Source: Candidatus Melainabacteria bacterium 17Bon1m (GTDB lineage: Bacteria; Cyanobacteriota; Vampirovibrionia; Obscuribacterales; Obscuribacteraceae). From it: a stretch of 64,000 nucleotides of DNA. The stretch lies in assembly GCA_032128875.1 (NCBI GenBank), contig JAVLKG010000005.1, positions 448,001 to 512,000 on the forward strand, written 5' to 3'. The notes below the pieces were generated by a model. That model did not search any database and was not told where the DNA came from. It worked only from the letters and a program-made list of their open reading frames with translations. Below are positions 18,420 to 28,292 of the stretch, in pieces (positions within the stretch are counted from its first letter, which is position 1; each line of letters opens with the position of its first letter). The translations under genes were made by a program, and so were the position numbers.

Positions 18420-20009
18420 TTATTGCACTGCAATCGGTTGTTTTTCCTGTGTGCGTATTTGCTTACCCGCTGCCTCTTCCAGCATGGATGCCAGGCTCAT
18501 AGTCACGCTGAATTGCTCTTTTTGCTGCGCTTCTATTGCGTCTTCCATGCGAGCTATAAACGCCGGAGCAGTGGCATGTTTGCCAGCCGCTTTTCTGTAG
18601 CCTGCAACAAAAATGGTTGCAGCGGCCAGGCGCGGGCGTTTTTTCAGGAAGCGGAACCAGTGACGGGCGCGAAAGGCCAGCGATTGCTTTGAGAGCGTTT
18701 CGAACATCATCTGCTCGTAAGCGCACAAGACTTCCAGTGCATCTCTCAAACTTCTCTGTGTTCCTCTCATGTAGAGTGGGTCCGCTTTGCGAGCCTGATA
18801 ATGAGCTTTTGCTTGCTCGTATAGTGCGACCTTTTCTTCGGCTTTGCGAGCCAAGTTGAGGTTTGACGCCACAAACTCGCGAGCGTTCTTGCCGAATTGC
18901 AAGCGCATTTTTTCGTCTTTCAAAAGAGTGATAATTGCGTCTGCGAGCGCTTCTGCGGAGCGAGGTGGGACAATCAATCCACGCTCGTTGTGCAGGGCAT
19001 ATTCGCCCATGCCACCAGCAGTAGTGGCGACGACCGGTTTGCCGCTGGCCAGTCCCTCGATGCAGGTGAAAGGCGCATTGTCATACAAAGAGGGCACAAC
19101 GCACAGGTCGGCGGAGCGAACATAATTGGGCATTTCCATGAGCGGAATATGCGGAATGAATGTCACTTTGTCCAAGCAGTTGTTTTCTGCCAGGCGTTTT
19201 TTAAGCCAGGCGAGCATGGAGCCGCCTCCCGGTGCTGCATTGGTGTCGGCCCCTACGCAGATGAATCTGACATTCGGAACAGCTTTCACAACAGCCGGCA
19301 TCGCCTCGACCAGATAGTGAATGCCTTTGCGCTCTTCCAGGCGTCCTGCAAAGAAAACAGTAAGATTGCCGTCCGCTTGAAGGGCACGCGGACCTTCCGG
19401 CTTGAATTTGTCTGTGTCGACCGGGTATTTGATCACCTTTATGCGTTCAAATGGATAGCCGGTATCTTCAGCAACAAAGCCCGCCAGGTTGGCGCTCGGG
19501 GATATGACTTGATCTGCGAGCAAAATGCCTATGCGCTCGAGAATGCAAATCAGACGATTATCGAAGGACGGCGTCACGCCATGGAAACAATCACTGATGA
19601 ATTTGGAATGTGGAGTGTGCAGGTGAATGACGAGAGGTAATTCGCGCGTCATTGCATGGAATAGACCGCCTGCCAGGTGTTCCGGCACTTCGACGACTTC
19701 AAACGGCTTTTCTTTGTGCAATTCCATGAATCGCATCCAGAGCGCCACTGTCGTCTTGATTACATAGTGGCTCGCCGGCGCGGCGACGAGTGTGAGGTTG
19801 AGTTCTTCCAGCAGATGCTTCCAGGCGACGCGATGCACCAGCACTCCCTCTTCTCTGGAAGAGCGCGCGGCGTCTCCTGCAGACAGCGAGATGACTTCAA
19901 CGTCGTGCCCTGCTCTTGTGAGCGCATGGGCAATGTGATAATTGAAAGCGCCGACGCCGCCCCAACCTGTATCGGGCGGATATTCTCGCGAAATTAAGCA
20001 GATTCTCAT
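18420..20009 (-). CDS. GT4 glycosyltransferase with C-terminal extension
   Basis: MRICLISREYPPDTGWGG, FAGRLEERKG, PSLYDNAPFTCIEGLASGKP. Confidence 0.92.
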   Translation of the reverse strand: MRICLISREYPPDTGWGGVGAFNYHIAHALTRAGHDVEVISLSAGDAARSSREEGVLVHRVAWKHLLEELNLTLVAAPASHYVIKTTVALWMRFMELHKEKPFEVVEVPEHLAGGLFHAMTRELPLVIHLHTPHSKFISDCFHGVTPSFDNRLICILERIGILLADQVISPSANLAGFVAEDTGYPFERIKVIKYPVDTDKFKPEGPRALQADGNLTVFFAGRLEERKGIHYLVEAMPAVVKAVPNVRFICVGADTNAAPGGGSMLAWLKKRLAENNCLDKVTFIPHIPLMEMPNYVRSADLCVVPSLYDNAPFTCIEGLASGKPVVATTAGGMGEYALHNERGLIVPPRSAEALADAIITLLKDEKMRLQFGKNAREFVASNLNLARKAEEKVALYEQAKAHYQARKADPLYMRGTQRSLRDALEVLCAYEQMMFETLSKQSLAFRARHWFRFLKKRPRLAAATIFVAGYRKAAGKHATAPAFIARMEDAIEAQQKEQFSVTMSLASMLEEAAGKQIRTQEKQPIAVQ

Positions 20010-20221
20010 CGTCCCTCTTCACTTTCGGGTTCGGGCAGCGCCCAGAGCCACGTCCAGCCAGCATGCATGCCATTCGGCTTATAACATGGCATCTTATACA
20101 ATGTCATGGTCCTATTCATTAGGCCCAATTTACAGGTGTTTACCGGTCTAAAGCCGAACGTCCGATACCACGAGGCTTTGCAGCTGCCGCACGGTGCGGT
20201 TTGGCGGCGGCAAAATACCGC

Positions 20222-20238
20222 CGGTTAAGTCTTGGTAA
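20222..20238 (+). promoter_or_regulatory. Putative transcription-factor site, copy 2 (CGGTTAAGTCTTGGTAA)
   Basis: 16/17 match to 3968..3984; upstream of galE. Confidence 0.45.
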
Positions 20239-20260
20239 TGATTGCCCCTCTGAATTTTTC

Positions 20261-20295
20261 CATCAATTTCAGTTAGGCTTCCACTGGAATTGATG
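20261..20295. repeat. Inverted repeat/hairpin just upstream of galE
   Basis: CATCAATTTCAGT-N9-ACTGGAATTGATG, 13-bp arms with one mismatch (G-U in + strand RNA). Confidence 0.5.
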
Positions 20296-20318
20296 CTTAA
20301 ACCAGGGGTAACAACTCA

Positions 20319-21302
20319 ATGATTCTTGTCACCGGAGGCGCCGGGTACATCGGCAGTCACTTCGTTCGATACTACACGCAGTGCCGTCCGGCAGAAAAAA
20401 TTGTTGTTCTGGATAATCTGGTCGAAGGGCATCTTGAAGCTCTGGAAGGGCTATCGAATGTACACTTCGAACGTGCAGATATTAACGACTTCGATGCAGT
20501 AAAGGAGATTCTGAAAAAACATTCGGTAGATGCAGTCGTTCATTTTGCATCGTACTGCTACGTTGGAGAGTCACAAGAAAACCCCAGCAAGTACTACGAA
20601 AACAACGTTGTGGGATCCATCAGTCTATTTCGCGCGATGGATGAATGTGGTGTAAAGAAGCTTGTTTTTTCTTCGAGTTGTGCGACATACGGTGTGCCTA
20701 CAAAGTTGCCGATTGATGAGACTCATCCACAAAATCCTATCAACGTGTACGGATTGACGAAATTTTTGATCGAAAGAATTCTCGAAGGTTATGCCTATAC
20801 GAAGGACTGGAGTTTTACCGCTCTTAGGTATTTCAATGCTGCCGGAGCCCATCCGGAGGCTCTAATTGGCGAAAGCCACGCACCGGAAACACACATAATT
20901 CCGCTTGCCTTAAAGACTGCATTGGGCACAAAAGAACAACTGCATGTGTATGGAGATGACTATGAAACTCCTGATGGCAGCTGTATTCGCGATTATATCC
21001 ATGTGGAAGATTTGGCCTCGGCGCATTTACTGGCCGTGGAAAAATTATCTGAACAAAAGGGTGGACAATTCATCAACCTCGGCACTGCCCATGGTGCATC
21101 AGTAAAAGAAATCGTCGCTTTATGCGAAGAAATCACGGGCAAAAAAATCAATCATTCTTTCAGTCCTCGACGCTCTGGCGATCCCGCACGCCTGGTGGCC
21201 GATCCTGGCAAGGCTGTCAGTTATTTGGGATGGCGGCCGCAACATGATTTGCGTTCGATTATTGAGACCGCTTGGAAGTGGGAGCAAAACAAACGTTACT
21301 AA
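20319..21302 (+). CDS. galE: UDP-glucose 4-epimerase
   Basis: TGGAGYIGSH, VGES, FSSSCATYG, YGLTK, LRYFNAAGA, DGSCIRDYIHV. Confidence 0.93.
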   Translation: MILVTGGAGYIGSHFVRYYTQCRPAEKIVVLDNLVEGHLEALEGLSNVHFERADINDFDAVKEILKKHSVDAVVHFASYCYVGESQENPSKYYENNVVGSISLFRAMDECGVKKLVFSSSCATYGVPTKLPIDETHPQNPINVYGLTKFLIERILEGYAYTKDWSFTALRYFNAAGAHPEALIGESHAPETHIIPLALKTALGTKEQLHVYGDDYETPDGSCIRDYIHVEDLASAHLLAVEKLSEQKGGQFINLGTAHGASVKEIVALCEEITGKKINHSFSPRRSGDPARLVADPGKAVSYLGWRPQHDLRSIIETAWKWEQNKRY

Positions 21303-21303
21303 G

Positions 21304-23286
21304 ATGAATTCTGACGAACGGGTCGAAGCTCTCGCACGCGGGGTATTGATTCTCGCCTGCTCGCTTGCCGCTTTTGGTCTTGCCTTTGTGCTTCCTGACG
21401 GAAAACCGTTTGCCGATCAGGGCTTTAATTGGTATGTAAATTCCGGACAGCACAATCTGCTGGCGCCCAGAATTGCGTATGTCTTCTTTTGTCTTTCCCT
21501 CTCTATTTGCGCCGTGCTTCTCAATCGTGGAAAGACACTCTGCTTAGGTTTTACAAGAAGTCATTTCCCCATTCTTTCAGCCGTTGTTTACTTGTCGGTT
21601 CTCGCCTTTGGCGCTGCTGCTCTCATTCCTTTCGTCAATCAACTGGCAATATTGGGTGTATCGGTCATTCTCGTCTGCGTATCTGTTTTCGCCTTCCGGA
21701 TTTTGCCTCGAAGAACCGTTGATTTGCTGCTTTTGATTTCTGCCGTCGCCGCTTTTCTTATTGCATTGGTGCCTGGGCTGTCTTCGCTCCCAGACCTCTC
21801 TTCGCACTTCCCGGAATCAATTGCCGATATCGAAGCACACCAGGCACTTTCCACTGCTGCAAATGTTCAGCTCGCTCAAGGCGCAAAGCTTTTCCAGGCG
21901 GTTTCTGCCCGCTACGGCATTTTATGGCAATCGCTTCTCGGGGCTTGGACAACGCTCGTACATCCGCTAACGGTGGGTGATTCGATCATGTTTACTCGTT
22001 GGCTACACACTTTGTTTTTTGCATTTGCGTCATTTGCTTATTTCAAATTCTCTCGCAACAAAGTTATTGCAGCGTGTCTGGCAATTCTTTTCATCGCACC
22101 CTGGATGGAGCTCAGGCAGCCGCTTTTCGTTTTCCCTCAAGTGTCATCTTGGCGTTATTTTGGATTTGCGGCCGTACCACTGATAGTTCTTCTTTTAGAG
22201 CGGACCGCTGCTAAGACAAAGTTCTTTATATTGGGCATTACCGCAGGTCTTTGTCTTTTGTCTGACTTCGCTTCCGGTATTTCAATCGCCGTAGGGCTTC
22301 TGGCATATACCTGCTTTTTGAAACAGCAAGACGCTCGACTTAAATTGATTGGTTTGTATCTGGGTGGAATCATCATCTCAATTGCTGTTTTCTTTGGCAC
22401 CTTTGCTGCGATTTTCGGCTATGTGCCTTCTGCATCAGCGTTCATGATCGACCTAAAGAACACTATCTGGGAAGCTGCCGGCGGCACTGCTCCTGCTCTC
22501 AGCTATCCATTCGACCCGCTCGCTATTTTGATTCTTGTGCACACTGCATATGTATGCCTTTCGATTGTGTCGCAAGCAAAAGGTTCAGTTTCGCCGCGAA
22601 ACGCATTGCGGCTCTCTATCGGAATAATTTCGTTGTTGTGGTTTGTGCATTATGTGAATGAACCGAATACTTTTGCATTGCGAGCTTGCCGTGTGCTTTA
22701 TGCGTTCTTTTTGATTGACCTGTTTCGAATTCTGTTGGTCACTAAAAAGTTTCGCTTGCATGCAAAAGAACCGCTCTGGATGGCGCGTTTGCTGCTGCTT
22801 GCCATTGTCGTTCCGGCTGCTGTCTTGTCGTACCAGCCGGCTGCCGAAAAGGCTTGGGCAATGGTGGCTGGAGAGACCCGCAAAGACAGTGCCAAAGTGC
22901 TTGTTTCCGGCGTCTGGTTGCCGGAAGAAGTTGGTCGCGCATTGCAGCAAAAGGCGAAGTTTATCCAACGAATTTCGGGTCAAAAGCCCATCTATTACTT
23001 GACTGCAGACAGTTCTTTTATTCCGGTACTGTCGCAAAAAGTTTCCGCTGCACCTGTGGCGGACCCGACCAACTTGGTTTTTGCAAAGCAGTGCGATCGG
23101 CTCGTACAAGCAATAACAAATGCAGGAGCGAATGAAATTTTTGTGGACGATCCTGATTTTGTCACGTCGAAAGGCGTGGTGCGACGGAGCTGTTTTGATT
23201 ATTTGCGCGTCCTTCTCTCTCGAAATTACCAGCTTGTAAGCACGTCTGACGGCTGGCAGGTCTGGCAGAAAAAACAACGCCAGTAG
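21304..23286 (+). CDS. Polytopic membrane protein, possible GT-C-fold glycosyltransferase
   Basis: More than 10 hydrophobic segments plus a C-terminal soluble domain. ATG directly after the galE stop. No diagnostic motif recognised. Confidence 0.55.
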   Translation: MNSDERVEALARGVLILACSLAAFGLAFVLPDGKPFADQGFNWYVNSGQHNLLAPRIAYVFFCLSLSICAVLLNRGKTLCLGFTRSHFPILSAVVYLSVLAFGAAALIPFVNQLAILGVSVILVCVSVFAFRILPRRTVDLLLLISAVAAFLIALVPGLSSLPDLSSHFPESIADIEAHQALSTAANVQLAQGAKLFQAVSARYGILWQSLLGAWTTLVHPLTVGDSIMFTRWLHTLFFAFASFAYFKFSRNKVIAACLAILFIAPWMELRQPLFVFPQVSSWRYFGFAAVPLIVLLLERTAAKTKFFILGITAGLCLLSDFASGISIAVGLLAYTCFLKQQDARLKLIGLYLGGIIISIAVFFGTFAAIFGYVPSASAFMIDLKNTIWEAAGGTAPALSYPFDPLAILILVHTAYVCLSIVSQAKGSVSPRNALRLSIGIISLLWFVHYVNEPNTFALRACRVLYAFFLIDLFRILLVTKKFRLHAKEPLWMARLLLLAIVVPAAVLSYQPAAEKAWAMVAGETRKDSAKVLVSGVWLPEEVGRALQQKAKFIQRISGQKPIYYLTADSSFIPVLSQKVSAAPVADPTNLVFAKQCDRLVQAITNAGANEIFVDDPDFVTSKGVVRRSCFDYLRVLLSRNYQLVSTSDGWQVWQKKQRQ

Positions 23287-23404
23287 CTGCCCCGCAATCG
23301 GCGCAGCAAAGCCCTTCCAATCACGCGAGGGCCCTAGGCAACACTCGCGTACAGGGCTCTCGCACTACCACCACCTGTGGTGCGCAAAATCCTATATATC
23401 TATT

Positions 23405-23424
23405 ATACATACGCGCGTATGTAT
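23405..23424. repeat. Perfect 20-bp palindrome in a convergent intergenic gap
   Basis: ATACATACGCGCGTATGTAT equals its own reverse complement. Confidence 0.75.
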
Positions 23425-23467
23425 GTCAATCGAAAAGTCAGTCCTACTGCTCTCGCTCTAGTCTTGC

Positions 23468-25024
23468 TTACTTCACTTCCAGAATCAAACCGCGATTAGC
23501 TCCTATGACTTTCGCAGATATGTTGATAGTGTTTATCCCTCGACCTTTTGCTTCCGGTAATTTCCAGGAGAGCCACGAGCCATTTTTGTTTCCGAGACTG
23601 AACATTTCGCCATTGTCGAAATGTTTTGCTGCATCCACATTCGTTATGTAGAGCGATGCGCCCTTGAGCCCTGTGCCTCCTAGGGTAATTTCCTTCGCAT
23701 TGATAGGCGTTTCTAAATTGAGCTCGATGAATGGCTTTCTCAAAGGCATATTGCGGAAGTCGTCCGCCAATTTCATTGGATATACAACAACAATTTTGTT
23801 GTCTGTCTGTTGGATTTGTAAATTGGGCGGAATGCAGTCGTTGACGCGTAACTGGGCGTCTTTCGATGTGGGCTCACTGGACTTTGTGCCAAGAATCGGC
23901 GCAAAATCCTTTTCTAAAACATCAGCCGCATGAACACCGTAAGCATATGTTGCCCATCTGTTCGGATGCGCGTTGGCAGGATTTACGCCAAAGGACAGGA
24001 CACCCTTTTTTACAAGGCTGTCTTCTTTTCTGGCTGCGTTGATCCATGTGTCGTAGCTGTCTACAACACGAACATCGCGATCCTCGAAGGCTTTTTTGAT
24101 CGGCGGAAAAACGCGATCATAATGTGCCTTGATTCCGTCGAAGTCGACTTTTCCAGGGCACTCATATGGCAAAAGCATGATGAATGAAGGGATGGAGAGG
24201 CTGTGCAGATAATTTGCTGTATTGTCGAGCGTTTTGCCGTACATGCTCCAGTTCTCGCCGGAAAGCAGGCTAAACTCCCAATTGGGCGGGTTATCCTTTG
24301 TGAATTCACCTGAGCGTGTCTTACGCAGATAAGCTTCCCGCAACGCGATCAGTTGATGTGAAAGATGTGGGTACAGTCCTTTGAATGCTTCGAGTAATCC
24401 ATTTTGGCGATGAGGACGGAATAGCAACTTCTGGTCGAAGTCTGCTGTTTGCATTCGCGACATTTCGTCTGCGTCATTGGGAATATATCCCCAAATCACG
24501 AGGTCAGGCTTGAATTTCGGGATTACCTTTTTGGCAGCATCGAGTTCTAAGCGCGTGTTTAAGCCCTGCATTCCGGCTGCGATTATTTCTACATCTTTGT
24601 AGCCGCGACGCTCCAATTCTCTGGCCAGCTGACGCCACCAGATGTCGTTCATGTTGTTGTAACCATGACCCCATACGAAAGAATCGCCAATTACCAGAAT
24701 GCGATGAGCTTTGGCAGACTTCTCTGCGACCGGCCACAAACTGGAGTGCCAGACAGGATTTTGATTGAGATCTGCTTTATTCCTGGCGTGTGCCCAGTAA
24801 TAGATGAAATCGTCCTCTTCTGTCCACGACGCTGAAACGATTTTGCCTTCGTCTTCCAAGGCAGGGATGATCAAGCGATCAAGCACAACAGAGACAAGCA
24901 AGATGAATGCCAGCGAAATCGAGAAATACTTAACGCTAAGTTGCGGAAATATTGCCGCTTTCGTATGAGGTTTCTCTGATTTTTCAGCGCTAATTTTTTG
25001 AGTCACTTCGCCGGCAGCAATCAC
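23468..25024 (-). CDS. Membrane-anchored SGNH/GDSL-fold protein, paralog of 11635..13215
   Basis: LDRLIIP, NPVWHS, RILVIGDSFVWG, WWRQL..EL.RRGY, NDADE, GVNPANAHPN, VNDCIPP, MPLRK, all matching the paralog. Confidence 0.85.
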   Translation of the reverse strand: MIAAGEVTQKISAEKSEKPHTKAAIFPQLSVKYFSISLAFILLVSVVLDRLIIPALEDEGKIVSASWTEEDDFIYYWAHARNKADLNQNPVWHSSLWPVAEKSAKAHRILVIGDSFVWGHGYNNMNDIWWRQLARELERRGYKDVEIIAAGMQGLNTRLELDAAKKVIPKFKPDLVIWGYIPNDADEMSRMQTADFDQKLLFRPHRQNGLLEAFKGLYPHLSHQLIALREAYLRKTRSGEFTKDNPPNWEFSLLSGENWSMYGKTLDNTANYLHSLSIPSFIMLLPYECPGKVDFDGIKAHYDRVFPPIKKAFEDRDVRVVDSYDTWINAARKEDSLVKKGVLSFGVNPANAHPNRWATYAYGVHAADVLEKDFAPILGTKSSEPTSKDAQLRVNDCIPPNLQIQQTDNKIVVVYPMKLADDFRNMPLRKPFIELNLETPINAKEITLGGTGLKGASLYITNVDAAKHFDNGEMFSLGNKNGSWLSWKLPEAKGRGINTINISAKVIGANRGLILEVK

Positions 25025-25256
25025 AATAGGTCCTTCACTGGTTTCATCGACCAGGCACGATGGTTAGCCTGGTTTTCTTTCTTAGGCCTGCCAAGCATTC
25101 TATATTTGTCCAATACTCAAGACGTTAGTCGAATCTAAAGAAGCATCTTTGGTTATAGATGTTTCTGCCTTACTGTCTCAATTTGCTGTATATTCTCCAA
25201 AATTGATTTTTTCGTTCCTGATCTGAAAAACGCGCTGAGCGCTAGGTTCTCATTAG

Positions 25257-28139
25257 TTGCAACAGTTGATTGACTCGTGGAATGCATTGTCAGAGCGCAA
25301 GAGAGACGGCGTTTGTCTTTTGCTGCTCACGTTGTTTTGTTTAATTGTTTTCTACAAGACCGTGTTTTTGGGTCAGCAGATTAGCCGAATATTCGAAATT
25401 GCCAATATCGACTATTTGTTCAGGCAAGCCTTGGCTGTTCCAATCAAGTATGACCAGCACTGCATGTTCGCCAAAGTGTGCGCATACCTGTTGATTGGTA
25501 CAACTTGGAGAGAAGGCATAATGCCGTTTTGGAATCCGTACATAGGGTGCGGTGCTCCATTCATGGCCGAGCTGCAGTCTGTTGTGTTGTCACCGTGGAC
25601 GTTGTTCTACGTTTTGTGGCCCAGTCTTCAGATGCACAGCTATCTGCTTGTTGCACAGCAGGTTTTGGGAGCGATCGGAATGTTCCTCGCTGCGCGCGCT
25701 TTAGGGCTTTCGCGTTTTGCTTCAGTATTGGCTGCCGTTGTGCATTTGTGTTGCGCTCACCAGCAGTGGCGCCTCGAGTTGCAGATGAATCATTCTTTCT
25801 ATCCGCTTACCGTTTGGTGTTTTGTTCGTCTGTATCAGACGAAGCATTTTTTATGGGCTCTGGCAGCAGGCGCTGGATGTGCGGCGCAAATTCTTTCCGG
25901 CGACGCACAAGTAAGTTTGCTTTCCATAACCACCGTCAGCGTTCTTTTTGTCTTGATGAACCTTCTTGGCGAAGCCAGGCAAGAAGCGTTTTTCAAGCGT
26001 GCGATTGAGGGCGGCGTTTGGTTGTCGCTGGCAGGAATTAACGCAATTTGTTTGGCGTCTCCAGTCTTTCTCGGCTTTGTAGAATGGGTCAAGATAGGCG
26101 ATTTGTCTAAGCACCATGCCTATTATGCAGTTGGAAATCCCGCTCCCTGGCAGAGTCTTGTCTATACTCTGATGCACCCCGGTTATGGCGGTTCATCGTT
26201 GTACGCCGGTTGTTTGACTCTGCCCTTGATTGTCTTTTCACTGCTTGCAATAAAGCAAAAACGCCCTTTCTATCTCAGCGTTTTGCTTACTGCAATTTAT
26301 GCTTTCATGAGCGCGTCTCGCACGGGACCGTTTCCTTTACTGGACTCGAAACTCGGTCTCATGGGACTTTCTCGATTCGAGGGAATGGAGGTTTTCCTTG
26401 TCCAAATCGCTTTTCTCATGGCGTTTGGCCTGGATGAACTGGCCAGATGCAAGTGGACTGTGAGAAATTGGGTTTTTCTTGCGGCCGTTGCCTCCTCTAT
26501 TGCGTCTCTTGCAATTCCTCCTTATCTCGCGAAGATAGGCGTAAATCTCGAAGCGTTTACGTTCGACTTTCATTCGGAAGGATACGGCTTTCAATCGCAA
26601 CAGTGGTATTTCGATCTTGCCTTGGTTTGTGCCTTTTGGGTTCTTCTAGTTCTCGTAAATAGCTATCGAGCAAAGCTGAAGAGCATCGCAGTTATTTTGC
26701 TTTTTGTTATTCCACTGTGCATAAACACAAGCAGCGAGGTCTTCGCTTGCAAAAATGCCTTGCCTAGTTATCCCAAATTCAAGTATCCGAAGACAGAATT
26801 ACTCCAATTTCTTGCTGAGAAAAAAGAGCGCATTGTTCCTATTGGATATAACCTGTTAAGACCAAACAACAATGTTGTTTATAAAATCTCGAGCATGGCG
26901 TGGGCTGGACCTCTTGTGCCTCCGCGGCTGCACAAATTCATAATAGCTGCAGGTGGGCACGCTGATCCATTTACAAAACTGTTTACCCCTGGCCCTCTAA
27001 ACCATCTGCTCGATTTGGCGAGCATCCGATACATCCTTAGTTTTGCTCCTGTGCGCAGTCTGAGCGAACCATATACTTTCGAATCACCTACCGCGCAACC
27101 TGTGAAATTCAAAATTGAACAACGGGTAAGAATGGATGCTGCAAAACTTTTCTACGACTCTCCAAAGGGCGAATTTGGCGGATATATAGACTGGTATGTG
27201 CAAGAGGGCGAAGGCGAGAACTTCGCTTTCCAGATTGCTCTCTTTGACTCTAAAACTGGCAGGGTGTATTGGACTGGCGGACCATTTTATGTCCGTCAGA
27301 CAGAGCGCTTGAAGCGCGATACGCGTCCAAAAACATACAGCCGCATGCCGCTGGACGGCATTGTTCCCAACCATGTGCCCGACTCTACAGATTTATGCGT
27401 GGGAATCACTGTCCAGCAGATTCCTGAGATGAATGAGCTCGAGCCGCAAAGTGGCGGAACGCTTGTTAGTAAAACCATGTTCAAGGTCGCAGATTTTAGA
27501 AAACAATCTCTGCCTTTGGATGCGGCGCGACGCTTCAAAATGGTCAAGGAAGTGCCTGTCAGCTTTGTTCGGGTCTATGAAAACAGAAAGGCAATGCCGA
27601 CTGCATATCTTGTGCACAAAACCGTTCTGAAAGAGAAAGAAGACGAAGTTCTTGCAGAAGTGACAAACCAGGCGTTTGATGCGCGATCTGTTGCCGTAAT
27701 CGAAGACAAGAATTTACCGCCATTGACTGGAGCCGATAAGCCGTCCGCCGCCGATGAAGTCACTTCGGTGAGAACCGACAACAATACTTTGTCTGTTGAT
27801 GTGAAAACTGATAAGCCTGGTTTTTTGGTGGTAACCGACCAATATTTCCCTGGGTGGCATGCTGTTGTGGATGGTGCAGAGGTTGCGATCGCGCACGCCA
27901 ATTACCTATTTAAGGGCATTCCCATTGGTCCTGGCACGCACAAAATCATCTTCTATTTCCGCCCGACATTTTGGAATCTTTCGCTCGTTTTATTGGCTCT
28001 CTGTTTCATTCTGAACACTGCAGCCTTTATCTTCCAGCAAAAGCGGCGCAAGGACATTGCTTCGCCTGCTTACGGCAGCGCTTCAACACCTTCCGGGTCT
28101 TTATCTGGAGGTGGTGGAGGCGAGGACGAGCAAAATTGA
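25257..28139 (+). CDS. YfhO-family (GT-C) membrane glycosyltransferase
   Basis: PFWNPYIGCGAPF, many TMs, C-terminal LVVTDQYFPGWHAVVDG..ANYLFKGIPIGPGTHKI followed by a TM. Confidence 0.85.
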   Translation: MQQLIDSWNALSERKRDGVCLLLLTLFCLIVFYKTVFLGQQISRIFEIANIDYLFRQALAVPIKYDQHCMFAKVCAYLLIGTTWREGIMPFWNPYIGCGAPFMAELQSVVLSPWTLFYVLWPSLQMHSYLLVAQQVLGAIGMFLAARALGLSRFASVLAAVVHLCCAHQQWRLELQMNHSFYPLTVWCFVRLYQTKHFLWALAAGAGCAAQILSGDAQVSLLSITTVSVLFVLMNLLGEARQEAFFKRAIEGGVWLSLAGINAICLASPVFLGFVEWVKIGDLSKHHAYYAVGNPAPWQSLVYTLMHPGYGGSSLYAGCLTLPLIVFSLLAIKQKRPFYLSVLLTAIYAFMSASRTGPFPLLDSKLGLMGLSRFEGMEVFLVQIAFLMAFGLDELARCKWTVRNWVFLAAVASSIASLAIPPYLAKIGVNLEAFTFDFHSEGYGFQSQQWYFDLALVCAFWVLLVLVNSYRAKLKSIAVILLFVIPLCINTSSEVFACKNALPSYPKFKYPKTELLQFLAEKKERIVPIGYNLLRPNNNVVYKISSMAWAGPLVPPRLHKFIIAAGGHADPFTKLFTPGPLNHLLDLASIRYILSFAPVRSLSEPYTFESPTAQPVKFKIEQRVRMDAAKLFYDSPKGEFGGYIDWYVQEGEGENFAFQIALFDSKTGRVYWTGGPFYVRQTERLKRDTRPKTYSRMPLDGIVPNHVPDSTDLCVGITVQQIPEMNELEPQSGGTLVSKTMFKVADFRKQSLPLDAARRFKMVKEVPVSFVRVYENRKAMPTAYLVHKTVLKEKEDEVLAEVTNQAFDARSVAVIEDKNLPPLTGADKPSAADEVTSVRTDNNTLSVDVKTDKPGFLVVTDQYFPGWHAVVDGAEVAIAHANYLFKGIPIGPGTHKIIFYFRPTFWNLSLVLLALCFILNTAAFIFQQKRRKDIASPAYGSASTPSGSLSGGGGGEDEQN

Positions 28140-28292
28140 CATATGACGAGTTTTTAATTTTTGGCATTCTCGGTTGGAAGACATGACCGGTTGTTGCTCG
28201 TCTTGCTTCTTTTCACATACCTAATATGCAGTTCAGCCGCTTCCTCTTGTTTAGTGCTATAAAATCGTTGCTCAAGGTGGGCAAGGATATTA

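Noticed and set aside
18897-19640. 247-aa plus-strand ORF
   Set aside because: Fully antisense to a well-supported GT4 gene and has no motifs.
22585-23277. 230-aa minus-strand ORF
   Set aside because: Antisense to the membrane protein at 21304..23286, with no recognisable features.
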